DNA of 64,000 nucleotides from an uncultured Candidatus Saccharibacteria bacterium (GTDB lineage Bacteria; Patescibacteriota; Doudnabacteria; UBA920). A program made the translations under genes and the position numbers. The stretch lies in contig CAYLIB010000001.1 in assembly GCA_964384035.1 (NCBI GenBank), positions 48,532 through 112,531 on the forward strand, in the 5' to 3' direction. Each line of letters begins with the position of its first letter. Positions within the stretch are counted from its first letter, which is position 1. Shown one piece after another: positions 1-9,988 of the stretch. Under the pieces are notes generated by a model. The model saw only the letters and a program-made list of their open reading frames with translations. It had not been told where the DNA came from and searched no databases.

Positions 1-146
1 AAATCACTCAACCTATTTTTTTCTACTTCGAGGATATCTCGAGTCACACAAGAATAACCAAATCTAGAAAGCTCTGCAGCAATATTTCTTGCGATCATTT
101 TATGACCCAAACCTATAGAAGTATAAAGAATCAAAATTTTATTCAC
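1..146 (-). CDS. partial glycosyltransferase, UgtP/MurG-like GT28 N-terminus; the gene continues past the window edge
   Basis: Minus-strand translation VNKILILYTSIGLGHKMIARNIAAELSRFGY... matches the Gly-loop (G.GH) N-terminus of diacylglycerol glycosyltransferases. Start is GTG near 146 or ATG at 108. Confidence 0.4.
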   Translation of the reverse strand, partial: MNKILILYTSIGLGHKMIARNIAAELSRFGYSCVTRDILEVEKNRLSD

Positions 147-308
147 GAAAGGCCTCTCTTACAATCCGCTTTTAAATAATATTTTCGAGCGAAAAAGTTT
201 TAAAAAAATGTTAACGTAATCGTTATTACGGTAACATTTTTTTGAAATTTTAGCAGCCTATTAAATTAAAATTGTTGGAATGGGATTGTAAGAGAGACCT
301 ACAAGCTA

Positions 309-1277
309 TTATCTTAATTTCAGATACTCAAGCAATCCTTCTTGCAATCTCTTTTCGCCATTCCATACCACTATGTTGTAACCCGGAAGAAACTCAGACG
401 GATCTTCTTGTCTAAAAGATATTGAACGAACCTTAGGATCTAATGCTTCAGATATATGTCTGTCTGTCCCACCCCTAGTAGTTGAAAATTTATCTCCCCA
501 AACTTCTAACCTATCTGGGTTTGAAAGTTCTTCAGAAGACGTTCCTAAAATCTCAAGTTGCTTTTCATTCTCTAAAACAAATTTTACTGCTGTAGTTTTT
601 GAAACTCCTTCTACAGCAAAATCTACAGCAAACTCTCCTGCCAATCTCGGAGTCATCGGAACATCATATTCTTTCAAAAGTTGATCCGCTCTTTCTATGA
701 AAGGAATTCTAAAATCAAAAATTTCTTTATCAAGATTTAATTTTTCTGAAATAGTTTTTGACTGATCAGAAGACATGTCATATGAGTTCACAAACTCATA
801 CGTAATCTGAGGACCTCTATCTTGGTACATGACTGCAAATGGATCTCTTCCACTGTCCATTAAAAATTTAGTCACGTTGGTAGGAGGAAAAATTTTTAAC
901 TTGAATTCAGAAATTAATTTTGAAGATACGACTCTTAAATTTTTCTTTTGGACCTCAGAAAGTTTTTCTTCATACAAACTATAAAAAGGTCTTAAATTTA
1001 TTTTTCCATCTTTGTTGAATCCCCAAACTTCTGTACCACTACACGACCCTATTAAAATTTTATTTCTATAATTAGAATTTATTTTATCCGTTACTCTCCA
1101 AACTATATCTTTAACATCTTGTCCAGAAATTAAAAATAAAATTTTACCTTCATCTAAAATTTTTTCTAGCTCTCGAACCAATTCTTGATCTATAGGAGAA
1201 TATAGATCAGCGATAGTTTGATCTATATCAGAAATTATAAATTTAACATTTTTATTCCACTCAATTTTTTTTTGCAT
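309..1277 (-). CDS. HAD-superfamily hydrolase
   Basis: N-terminal 'FIISDIDQTIAD' fits HAD motif I (hhhhDxDxT). 'LFLISGQ' fits motif II. The 3' end overlaps the methyltransferase gene by 17 nt. Confidence 0.5.
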   Translation of the reverse strand: MQKKIEWNKNVKFIISDIDQTIADLYSPIDQELVRELEKILDEGKILFLISGQDVKDIVWRVTDKINSNYRNKILIGSCSGTEVWGFNKDGKINLRPFYSLYEEKLSEVQKKNLRVVSSKLISEFKLKIFPPTNVTKFLMDSGRDPFAVMYQDRGPQITYEFVNSYDMSSDQSKTISEKLNLDKEIFDFRIPFIERADQLLKEYDVPMTPRLAGEFAVDFAVEGVSKTTAVKFVLENEKQLEILGTSSEELSNPDRLEVWGDKFSTTRGGTDRHISEALDPKVRSISFRQEDPSEFLPGYNIVVWNGEKRLQEGLLEYLKLR

Positions 1278-2064
1278 AATTATTTTTTAAATTTTCAATT
1301 CTCAATCTAGAAACTTCTAAATAATTTTTATCGATATCGATACCTACAAATTTTCTATTCTCACTAAGAGCAACAACTCCCGTTGTCGAGCTTCCTGTAA
1401 ATGGATCCAAAATCAAATCTTCTTTTTTTGTACTCGATAAAATTATTCTTCTTAAAAGTTCTAAAGGTTTTTGTGTAGGATGATTTCCTAAAATTTTTTC
1501 TTCCATCTTCGGACTAGAAATTTGCCATACCGTATGCATCTGCTGATTTGGAATTTTTAAATTATCATCTGCATCCAAATAATTTTTCATAGTATCGTAT
1601 TCAAAAATATATTTTGAATTGCTATCTTTACCAGCCCATATTAAATTTTCATGGCTTGCTGTAAATGTGCGTTTAGTAAAATTTGGTGTAATCTTTTTTT
1701 TAAACCAAACTATATCATTTAAAATTTTAAATCCAGAAGCTTGCAGTGCGAAGCCAGACATATATATAGAGTGGAAAGTTCCACTTACCCAAAGTGTGGC
1801 ATTCGGTTTCATTATTCTTCTACATGCTCTTATCCAAGATAAATAAAATTCAAAGTCTTTCTTTACCCCCTTACTCTTATCCCACTCTCCCTTATCTACA
1901 CTTTTAATTGTTCCATTCACAAATGTTTTACCACCGTTGGAAAGAAAATATGGTGGGTCTGCAAATACCATATCTACTGTTTCAGGCTCGAAAGTTTCAA
2001 GCACCGAAACACAGTTTCCTAAATATAGTTTGTAGTCTTTTCCTTCAAAGAAAGATTGTTGCAT
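1261..2064 (-). CDS. beta-class DNA methyltransferase, probably N6-adenine; no cognate endonuclease recognisable
   Basis: Motif IV 'FADPPY' is near the N-terminus and motif I 'LDPFTGSSTTG' near the C-terminus. This IV-then-I order defines the beta class. Confidence 0.75.
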   Translation of the reverse strand: MQQSFFEGKDYKLYLGNCVSVLETFEPETVDMVFADPPYFLSNGGKTFVNGTIKSVDKGEWDKSKGVKKDFEFYLSWIRACRRIMKPNATLWVSGTFHSIYMSGFALQASGFKILNDIVWFKKKITPNFTKRTFTASHENLIWAGKDSNSKYIFEYDTMKNYLDADDNLKIPNQQMHTVWQISSPKMEEKILGNHPTQKPLELLRRIILSSTKKEDLILDPFTGSSTTGVVALSENRKFVGIDIDKNYLEVSRLRIENLKNNYAKKN

Positions 2065-2176
2065 ACAGAGTTTGTGCTTTATTTACTAGCGTTTCACTTG
2101 TTTCATTGCCTTCAGTTTAACAGTTTAACTAAGTGTTACACAAAATGAAACCGCCATATTTATGGCGGTTTCATTT

Positions 2177-2270
2177 TGGCGGAAGCGGTGGGATTCGAAC
2201 CCACGTGAAGGCTTTTGGCCCTCAAGCGCATTTCGAGTGCGCCCCGTTACGACCACTTCGGTACGCTTCC
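2177..2270 (-). tRNA. tRNA-Ser(CGA), type II with long variable arm
   Basis: Hand-folded on the minus strand. Acceptor GGAAGCG/CGCTTCC, anticodon loop CTCGAAA, T-arm GTGGGTTCGAATCCCAC, CCA encoded. Confidence 0.7.
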
Positions 2271-2293
2271 CCACAAACGCTTGCTTATTGTAT

Positions 2294-2938
2294 CTAGCCA
2301 GTGAAATTTTTGCAAAACGTTTTTCTATGAAAGTTTGTTAATCCTAATTTTAAGATTGCATCTATGTGTTTCTTAGTTCCATAACCTTTGTTTTCTTCCC
2401 AAAAATATCTCGGGAAACATTCTGAAAGTTTCTTCATTAAGTTATCTCTATATACCTTTGCAATAATCGAGGCACAAGCTATTTCAAAAACCTTAGAATC
2501 CCCTTTCACAACAGAACGTGCGTTATAGGAAATATTACCGGGTACAAATTTACCATCAAACAACACCAAGGTTTTATTAATTTCTATATCACCATCACTC
2601 AAAATACTTTTCGCACATTCATTCATACTCTCCAAAACAGCGTTGTGAATATTTATTTCATCTATCCTAGCAGGCGTTGTTTCTAAAATTATATATTTTG
2701 CAGCTGTATTTATAATTTCTTTTGAAAGAATTTCGCGTTTACACTCGCGCAATGCCTTACTGTCTTTAACTTCACTCTTCCACGACTCACGTGCAGCGGT
2801 GGTGTGATTCACGTTGAACACCACCGCTGCAACCACTAAGGGCCCAGCCAAACTCCCCCTTCCTACTTCATCCACCCCCACAACCCATTCCACCGACTCC
2901 GGAATCTCATACTTTAACAACCTATTTTTTTTATTCAT
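2294..2938 (-). CDS. rnhB: ribonuclease HII
   Basis: The 'GVDEVGRGSLAGPLVVAAVV' signature of RNase HII is near the N-terminus. Confidence 0.85.
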   Translation of the reverse strand: MNKKNRLLKYEIPESVEWVVGVDEVGRGSLAGPLVVAAVVFNVNHTTAARESWKSEVKDSKALRECKREILSKEIINTAAKYIILETTPARIDEINIHNAVLESMNECAKSILSDGDIEINKTLVLFDGKFVPGNISYNARSVVKGDSKVFEIACASIIAKVYRDNLMKKLSECFPRYFWEENKGYGTKKHIDAILKLGLTNFHRKTFCKNFTG

Positions 2939-2957
2939 GTAATTTATTCTTAATTTA

Positions 2958-3190
2958 GAGCTCCCAAATTACTTGTTCACCTTATCCGTAATAAAAAGGA
3001 TTCGAAGAGTCTTTTTATTACATAGAGAAAAGCAATTTGGAATAGAGGAAGATTTAATAGAGAGTGCAGTAGCCAGTTTTGCATAAGGCGTGATAGTAAC
3101 TGGCTTTGCCAGTAACAGATCATGTCAAACTGGTTACAAAGCTCGGAGACAAATCTAACGTGCGTAGGAGGACCTAATGAGGGTGAAAAA
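2958..3190 (+). repeat. R1 structured repeat, copy A (slightly degenerate)
   Basis: 'gagctcccaaattacttg', then a hairpin with a GAAGA loop, then 'aaagcaatttgga', then an AGTT/AACT hairpin. Same order as copies at 17641 and 25191. Confidence 0.6.
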
Positions 3191-3233
3191 ATTTCTTCCT
3201 CCGAACACCAATGAACAAATCTCCAAACAAAGA

Positions 3234-3671
3234 CTAATATCTCACCCGTAACCTTGGTGACAACCCTAAGCTCAAAAACCTAAAACAACTATCTTTCTCA
3301 AAAAACAAAACCTCCCCTACCATCTCCCCTTCCAACAAGAGCATCTTCTCATTCAAAACTTCCATTGAACCATTCAACAAAAATATTCCGTTCTTCTTCT
3401 TGGTTTTAATCTCAGAAAACCTATACCACAAAAAACTACTAGACTTCCTATTCTCAATCACAAAATTTACGAACTCTTGTTTTCCCAGTTTACTATATTC
3501 TGTTAATCCAACATTCCCAAATCCAACATCTAAAAAATCTGCAATTTCATCTGAGTTCCCAAAATTTAATGCATTAACAAATTTTTCTAACCATTTCCTC
3601 AAACTGAACCTTTCTTCGGTTGTTAAGGTATAGTCAAACGTGAACTTGAAATCTAAATTTATATCTTTCAT
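3234..3671 (-). CDS. hypothetical protein
   Basis: 145-aa ORF. No recognisable motif. Confidence 0.35.
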   Translation of the reverse strand: MKDINLDFKFTFDYTLTTEERFSLRKWLEKFVNALNFGNSDEIADFLDVGFGNVGLTEYSKLGKQEFVNFVIENRKSSSFLWYRFSEIKTKKKNGIFLLNGSMEVLNEKMLLLEGEMVGEVLFFEKDSCFRFLSLGLSPRLRVRY

Positions 3672-4754
3672 AGTATTAAATATTTAAACAAGTAGTTACA
3701 AACAACGATGACAAATTTAACCGACTTGAATTAGAATAGCCTTTATTCCAAAATTCTTCTATAGAAGAAAAAATGTTTAACATAAATTTTTAACCTTAAT
3801 CATTTAATACCCACCTACCCGTAAACCTACTAATAACATTAACGGGTTATTTGAGGACTTGAAGATCCCCCTACCCTTGCTACTCAAAATATAGCTCTCG
3901 TCTTCAAAAACGAAATTCTAATACAAGAAGTTTCTCACATAATCTATACTACTCAGTTCCTAAAAATAAGAAGACATGTGGAAATATTTTAAAAAAATCA
4001 GACTCTACTAGGATTAAAAATCCTTTTTTAAATTCCAGACCCCTTACAAATAATCTCTGTTTGTATTTCCAAATAACCGAGATCCTAAGATTGCTTTTCG
4101 AATATACTTATAGTTTCTGCACATCGAAAAAAAAGTACATCGGTAATAAGTCTGATAAACAAATCAACAAATCAAAATATAACAGGAAGTTCGTTTAGCT
4201 ACACAAACCAGCACTATGAACTTTAGTCAGCGAGATTCATCGGATAATCCCTAACCATCTTGAACAATATTGGGAAATAAACTTTTCAAAAGTAAACAAT
4301 CAAAGTGAAATAGATTTAAATCACAAATTGAGTTTCACCTATGATTCCACACCCGTACCAACTGAAATACCACATTTACACCCGAAAGAAATCTAAAAAA
4401 AACAAAAGTACCCCACCGATGTTAATTTGGCTTTAAATTTAGTTAACACAAGTGTTATTTTGGACCACGGATTCGCAAAAAACAAAAAGTAAACTCACAC
4501 TGCAAATGGTGTTCGGCGGAAAAAATCAGCAGAAGAAAGTACTAGGAATATTACTACCCTCATATTCTTTCTGTACTATGAAATACGGTTAAAATTTCTA
4601 AAAAACTTACCACCACCCAGGTCTCCCCTTCCTAAATCTGCGGCCTGCTTAAGGTCTCGATTTTAATCCTTATGAACATCACCAACCTGACAAAATGTAA
4701 TGTTATTTTAAAAAAAATGAATCCAAATAATGGATTCTAAAAAACAACATAAAA

Positions 4755-5099
4755 TTAGTCATCTACCAATGCCACAGGACTCCCTGAAATTTTTTCATTC
4801 AACTCACCTCTACTAATCTCAGTGACGGAAAAGCGAATAAGATTTGAATCAACTCCACTATTCTGAAATAGCAATAACTCATTACTAGTTATTTGAAACT
4901 GCATAACGCCATTAGTTATTGGAATTGAGATAAAAACTTTTTCACTGCCCCCCTGTCCTTTTACTAAGTAGCAGTCTAGATTATGAAAGTAAACATAAGA
5001 GTTACTCCCCTCTCGAGGGAAATACTTAAACAAAACCACAAGCCCCCAAATTACCAAAGTAATCAATAACACATTAACACTGACTAAGGTATACACCAT
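4755..5099 (-). CDS. hypothetical membrane-anchored protein
   Basis: 114-aa ORF with a hydrophobic N-terminal helix (LVSVNVLLITLVIWGLVVLF). Confidence 0.3.
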   Translation of the reverse strand: MVYTLVSVNVLLITLVIWGLVVLFKYFPREGSNSYVYFHNLDCYLVKGQGGSEKVFISIPITNGVMQFQITSNELLLFQNSGVDSNLIRFSVTEISRGELNEKISGSPVALVDD

Positions 5100-5410
5100 A
5101 CTAATTCCTCCTCTATCATGGATCCAAATTATAATCTAACCAAACAAAAACCTCTATTGTTAAAATAGAAGCTTTTACTTGGTCGAATCACTGGAATCTT
5201 TAATAAGCAAGATCAAAATCTACCCAATATCACTTAACTTCACTGAAATGAAACATCCTATTTCACAATATATAAACAACCACACCTTCTTCGAAACGCA
5301 CTTTATATTTCTCAATCTTTCTGAATTAGGTCACCCTTTTTTAACACTCTTGACTTCTAATGGGTGGGTGCTAAAGTTAAGTTTATTTTACCAACAAGAA
5401 GGAGCAAAAC

Positions 5411-5827
5411 ATGGAGCTATCAACCTTACAAAACCTTATTTCTGCACTTCCAGATACACTTTTAACCGAATTAGTTATCAGGCTACGTCTTGATTCAGAA
5501 ATTTCCCTGGGGAAATCATCAAATTCAGAAATTTCTGCTCATTTAGTAGCCCACTTAAATCGTAGAAATCAAATATCTTTACTAACCGAAGCAATTACCG
5601 GACTCGCCCCTGGACTATTCACATATTCTTCTGGTGAAGAGATTCTTAATAGAAGAAATTTTCTTGCGGGAGAGATCACAAAAAAATTAAACGCTACAAA
5701 AATTTCTAGCTTGGCAGAAACTTTCATTTTCAGAAAATATATACCTAGAAATACCAGTGGCAACCTCATCCCATATCTAGTCTGCCATTTAGCAATCGTC
5801 TTAGAAAAAGAACAAGAACTTTCGTAA
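5411..5827 (+). CDS. hypothetical protein
   Basis: 138-aa ORF with no motif. The overlapping 5179..5493 ORF is the alternative. Confidence 0.3.
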   Translation: MELSTLQNLISALPDTLLTELVIRLRLDSEISLGKSSNSEISAHLVAHLNRRNQISLLTEAITGLAPGLFTYSSGEEILNRRNFLAGEITKKLNATKISSLAETFIFRKYIPRNTSGNLIPYLVCHLAIVLEKEQELS

Positions 5828-5888
5828 TAGACAACTCTTCTTAAGAAGGGTATTTTTTATAACAAAAAATCCCCCTCAGGGGATTTTT

Positions 5889-5963
5889 TGGTGGACCTAT
5901 GGGGAGTCGAACCCCAAACTAATCCATGCCATGGATCCGTATTACCGCTATACTATAGGCCCA
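5889..5963 (-). tRNA. tRNA-Ala(GGC)
   Basis: Minus-strand fold with a G3:U70 pair in acceptor GGGCCTA/TAGGTCC. Anticodon loop ATGGCAT, CCA encoded. A terminator hairpin sits at 5867-5890. Confidence 0.75.
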
Positions 5964-6010
5964 AATAAATGAATTAAAAATATTCTACTGAATCATCTTA
6001 TATAGGTCAA

Positions 6011-6310
6011 CTACTTGCTGCTATTTATATTTGGAAGCCTAGTTTGTTCTGCTTGCTTAAGTAAACCATCAAATCGTTTCATTTGGTCTCTAAAAGCGGG
6101 AACCACACCTATCGCATTTAGCATCCACCCAAGTATCGCCAGAGCAAGAACCGCTCCTACTACCGAACCAAAACCACTAAGTGTTCCATGAAAAAAGCTT
6201 TTCCACCAACCTTGTTTAAGTACCTGTTGAGTCTCTACAATACTCTTATGAATCTCGTCTAATTTTTTATAAAAATCTTGTTCATTCATATTCAAATTGT
6301 AACACATCAA
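6011..6310 (-). CDS. hypothetical small membrane protein
   Basis: 99 aa with a hydrophobic segment GFGSVVGAVLALAILGWMLNAIGVV. Confidence 0.4.
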   Translation of the reverse strand: MMCYNLNMNEQDFYKKLDEIHKSIVETQQVLKQGWWKSFFHGTLSGFGSVVGAVLALAILGWMLNAIGVVPAFRDQMKRFDGLLKQAEQTRLPNINSSK

Positions 6311-6335
6311 AAATAGTTTCTTCTGTTCATACTTC

Positions 6336-6410
6336 TGGTCCCTTTGGAGGGAATCGAACCCCCATCTTATCCTTAGGACGGATCTGCTCTATCCATTGAG
6401 CTACAAAGGG
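6336..6410 (-). tRNA. tRNA-Arg(CCU)
   Basis: Minus-strand fold. Acceptor CCCTTTG/CAAAGGG is perfect. Anticodon loop GTCCTAA, T-arm GGGGGTTCGATTCCCTC, CCA encoded. Confidence 0.65.
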
Positions 6411-6474
6411 CACAGAAGTACGGAACAAAAAATAATATATTTATACTACAGAGAAACCTTATAAAAAACAAAGT

Positions 6475-7893
6475 ATGTTCCGAAAATTAAAAAACCCACC
6501 CCTGTTTAACAAGAATACATCTAATCAAGAAAATCAGTTTTCACATCTATATAAGGTAGTCACAGGACTAATCATAGTTCTTTATATAACATCAATCTTT
6601 TTTCCTATAAAGGTCAGTCTCAATACCTCTCAACAATTTATAACAGGTTATAAATCAGATTTTTTAATAATTTTCCTTTATTTAAGCGATATTTTATTAC
6701 TTTGTTTATTTTATTTTCTTGTATTACAAAAAAAATTACTCTCAAAAAAAATAGTATATTTATGGGGATTATTTATTTTTTCCTCTTTATTAAGCATTTT
6801 TTATAAGGGACTTAATAATCTCGCCATTCCTATATACTATCTTGCTCTAATATCTTCAGGTTTTGTTACATATGAAACTGTACGCATTATCTTTAATAAT
6901 ATTCAGCTTAAAAAAATATTCATTAGTACATTTCTAATTCTCTCAGTTACTCAGTCATTGTTAGTAATATATCAGTGGAATAAACAACAATCATTTGGAT
7001 TATTTCACGTGGGAGAATCAAATATATCACGTGAAACAGCAGGAGTTGCCAAAATCGACACTCCACGTGGAAAACTAATACGTCCTTACGGCACTTTTCC
7101 GCACCCAAATATCCTTTCTGTATTTTTATTAACTGCATGGTTTATAGGATTTACCCTACTAAAACCCAATAAACATTTGATATATCCTCATATTTACGGG
7201 ATATTAACTACATTTTGCTTACTTCTAACATTTAGCCGATCCACCATCATAATTTGGACCATAAGCCTAATAGCGTTACTCCTATATAACATAATTAAGA
7301 AGCTTCACAGGAAACATCTATACTATCTAATAACTAGTTTAGTGACTTTATGTCTATTCATTACTATAAATTCACAATATCTATTAAATAGATATAACAG
7401 TGCATATACAGATGGGTCTTTAAATCTTCGTAATGCCTACAACCTATTCGCATATAAGTTTATCCAAAATTCTCCTATTTTTGGCATAGGGCCGGGACAA
7501 ACAATGTTTCAAATGAAACAAAACAACTATCTCAGCTTAAAAACATACGAAATTCAACCAATTCACAACTTCCCCCTACTTATATGGACAGAATTCGGGA
7601 TTATACCCCTTCTCATAATTTTATTTATAGCATTCCTCACTATAATGAATCTTTGGAAATCTTTTTATACAGCATTAAAAGATGATGAGAATAAATCTGA
7701 ATTATTCTTTTTAATGGTCTATATTTTCTCAATTCTTGCATTATCCCTTACAGACCACTACTTCTACACTTCTAGACAAGGAATATTGATTTTTTGGGGT
7801 ACCATCGGAGTGTCTTATTCAATACTTCTAAAACTCAACAAAAAAGATGTTTCAGATGAAACATCAATTTACGAGCCCCCTAGTAATAATTGA
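6475..7893 (+). CDS. polytopic membrane protein, O-antigen ligase / Wzy_C-like
   Basis: At least 10 hydrophobic helices. The large loop carries 'RPYGTFPHPN', which resembles the R..G.F.NPN motif of the O-antigen ligase family. Confidence 0.55.
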   Translation: MFRKLKNPPLFNKNTSNQENQFSHLYKVVTGLIIVLYITSIFFPIKVSLNTSQQFITGYKSDFLIIFLYLSDILLLCLFYFLVLQKKLLSKKIVYLWGLFIFSSLLSIFYKGLNNLAIPIYYLALISSGFVTYETVRIIFNNIQLKKIFISTFLILSVTQSLLVIYQWNKQQSFGLFHVGESNISRETAGVAKIDTPRGKLIRPYGTFPHPNILSVFLLTAWFIGFTLLKPNKHLIYPHIYGILTTFCLLLTFSRSTIIIWTISLIALLLYNIIKKLHRKHLYYLITSLVTLCLFITINSQYLLNRYNSAYTDGSLNLRNAYNLFAYKFIQNSPIFGIGPGQTMFQMKQNNYLSLKTYEIQPIHNFPLLIWTEFGIIPLLIILFIAFLTIMNLWKSFYTALKDDENKSELFFLMVYIFSILALSLTDHYFYTSRQGILIFWGTIGVSYSILLKLNKKDVSDETSIYEPPSNN

Positions 7894-7936
7894 GTACAAA
7901 TTGAGGAAACTACATAAGCAAGAAGTTTATTATGGC

Positions 7937-8407
7937 TTATTTATGGTAATTTTTTCCCGCTATAATCATACACGCTCTATATAATTGCTCTTCTAGTAAA
8001 ATACGAGCAAAATTGTGGGTAAAAGTCATTTTACTTAAAGAAATCTGATAATTAGAAACTGCTCTCAGGCTAGAATGAATCCCAAGGGAACCACCTATTA
8101 CAAAAACTAACTCCTGCCCTAAATTTCCTACTCTTTCAATAAAATTAGCAAATCCCACTGAGTCTCTTTCTGTCCCCTTCTCTTCCAGCACAATCGTAAT
8201 TGATTCCTTATCAAGGTACTTTAAAATATTTGTCGCCTCTTTCTCTTTTACGCGCTCTAAATCTTCGTTTTCTTTATAGCCCACCTCTTGCAATTCTACT
8301 ATTCTAAGTTTCGCATATGGAGATAAACGTTTCATGTACAACAATTCCAACTCCTTAAACTCCTTTTCTTTAAATTTACCTAAACAAACGATCTTTATTT
8401 TAAACAT
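7937..8407 (-). CDS. rlmH: 23S rRNA (pseudouridine1915-N3)-methyltransferase RlmH (SPOUT)
   Basis: 156 aa. The C-terminus 'ISLSKMTFTHNFARILLEEQLYRACMIIAGKNYHK' aligns with the RlmH C-terminus. Confidence 0.85.
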   Translation of the reverse strand: MFKIKIVCLGKFKEKEFKELELLYMKRLSPYAKLRIVELQEVGYKENEDLERVKEKEATNILKYLDKESITIVLEEKGTERDSVGFANFIERVGNLGQELVFVIGGSLGIHSSLRAVSNYQISLSKMTFTHNFARILLEEQLYRACMIIAGKNYHK

Positions 8408-8527
8408 ATATATACTCTACCTTAGATAATACCCAGTGTGTATAGTACTACCGAAACTCATTACATGCACGCCTAACCAAACTAAATACTAAACAAAAAA
8501 CACCCCATTTGGGTGTTTTTCTTAAAA

Positions 8528-8758
8528 TTAAAGATGTATAAACTTATCTAAATACTTATGCAGAACGTTATGACTCAAGTCATAGTAGTATAAAGCAAGT
8601 AACAACCCTAAATACAAGACATTTAACATTAAAAGCCTCACTAAGTCTTGTTTAATAAATGCATATTCTGCAGCAAAATGCCCTGGAACCGCTGAATTCG
8701 GGACCATACCAGAATTCTCATTAATGCTTGCCTTATTATTCTTATGTTTTTTACTCAT
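8528..8758 (-). CDS. hypothetical small membrane protein
   Basis: 76-aa ORF with a C-terminal hydrophobic stretch. Confidence 0.3.
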   Translation of the reverse strand: MSKKHKNNKASINENSGMVPNSAVPGHFAAEYAFIKQDLVRLLMLNVLYLGLLLALYYYDLSHNVLHKYLDKFIHL

Positions 8759-8885
8759 AGTTTGTAATTTATAAAGAAATAATAAACAATTTCAACATTG
8801 TAGGCAAGCAAAAAGGTTGTTAATATTAATATGATTTAATCCAATTACGATAGTTTGCTTGCTTCATGTTAAACAGTGTAATTAA

Positions 8886-9410
8886 ATGATTAAATCATTT
8901 AAATCGTACTTAATAAAAATAAATATCTTGATAAACACGCTACAAATTGTCTTAACTATTTTTTGCATATTATCACTCTGCTTCTCTACATACTCTCTTA
9001 TATGGGTTATAAAACTCAAAAAACTTAGAAGAAAGTTATTAGAAAAAAGCCCCCCTTTATCATTAGAAGAGGCGCTAAATAGCTTAGAAACTCACTTAAC
9101 AGTCCTAGAAAGAAACCAACTTTCTACTCAAGAACAAATAGATATTGTCGAAAAAATCCTCCAAGGAGCTATCCAAAAAGTAGGAATTGTGAAATTCAAT
9201 TCACTTTCAAATGACGGTGGCAATTTCTCCTTCTCCGCTGCTCTATTAAACCATCATAATTCTGGAATAATCCTTTCGAGTTTATATGGACGAGAATTCA
9301 ATAGAATTTACATAAAATCCATACAAAATGGGCATAGTGAGATCCCCTTAACCGAGGAAGAAGAAAAAGCTCTAGCAGAAACACAAGTTAGGAAAAAAAT
9401 AATCAATTAA
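8886..9410 (+). CDS. membrane-anchored protein, DUF4446-like
   Basis: N-terminal TM helix. The segment 'GIVKFNSLSNDGGNFSFSAALLNHHNSGIILSSLYGREFNRIYIKSIQNG' resembles the DUF4446 family. The match is from memory and is tentative. Confidence 0.4.
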   Translation: MIKSFKSYLIKINILINTLQIVLTIFCILSLCFSTYSLIWVIKLKKLRRKLLEKSPPLSLEEALNSLETHLTVLERNQLSTQEQIDIVEKILQGAIQKVGIVKFNSLSNDGGNFSFSAALLNHHNSGIILSSLYGREFNRIYIKSIQNGHSEIPLTEEEEKALAETQVRKKIIN

Positions 9411-9431
9411 ACAATACTTTAAATAAATTTT

Positions 9432-9821
9432 ATGTCAAAAAACCCAGACTCAGAAAACCTAAGCGCAGAAACAGTTGTCGGACCTTCAGTTAAAATACAA
9501 GGTGATTTAAATAGTGAAGGAAATATAAAAATAGAAGGACAGGTAACAGGGAAAGTAAATACAACTCAAAGCGTATATGTAGGTCAAGCAGCCAAGATTC
9601 TCGCTGATGTATTTGCAGGAAATGCCATAATTGCTGGTGATATTCAAGGAAATATCAAAGTATCTGGTAATTTAATTCTCCAAGGAACAGCCAAAATTAA
9701 AGGTGACATTACTTGTTCCATACTAAGAGTCGAAGATGGCGCACTATTCACAGGCAAATGTAGCATGAACGGTGGGTCTCCCCGAGTAGCCAGTTCTTCA
9801 ATGGAAGCCGAATTAGAATAG
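9432..9821 (+). CDS. bactofilin (CcmA-like polymerising cytoskeletal protein)
   Basis: Repetitive beta-helix pattern 'IKIEGQVTGKVNTTQSVYVGQAAKILADVFAGNAIIAGDIQGNIKVSG' typical of the bactofilin DUF583 domain. Confidence 0.7.
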   Translation: MSKNPDSENLSAETVVGPSVKIQGDLNSEGNIKIEGQVTGKVNTTQSVYVGQAAKILADVFAGNAIIAGDIQGNIKVSGNLILQGTAKIKGDITCSILRVEDGALFTGKCSMNGGSPRVASSSMEAELE

Positions 9822-9988
9822 AACATTAAACTTCCTCAAGCCACGGATCGCAAATTTGGGGTCAGATTATTGCGCAAATAATATTTAAAACCCAGCTCTG
9901 CTGGTTTTAAAATCAGTAATTCAGCTGTATGCTTAATGCTTAAAAGTAACAACCAAACTTGTGATCCCGTTTTCTGAGCACAAAAATT

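Noticed and set aside
5179-5493. ORF 5179..5493 as a separate gene
   Set aside because: It overlaps 5411..5827 in another frame. Neither has motifs. Only the longer downstream ORF is reported, at low confidence.
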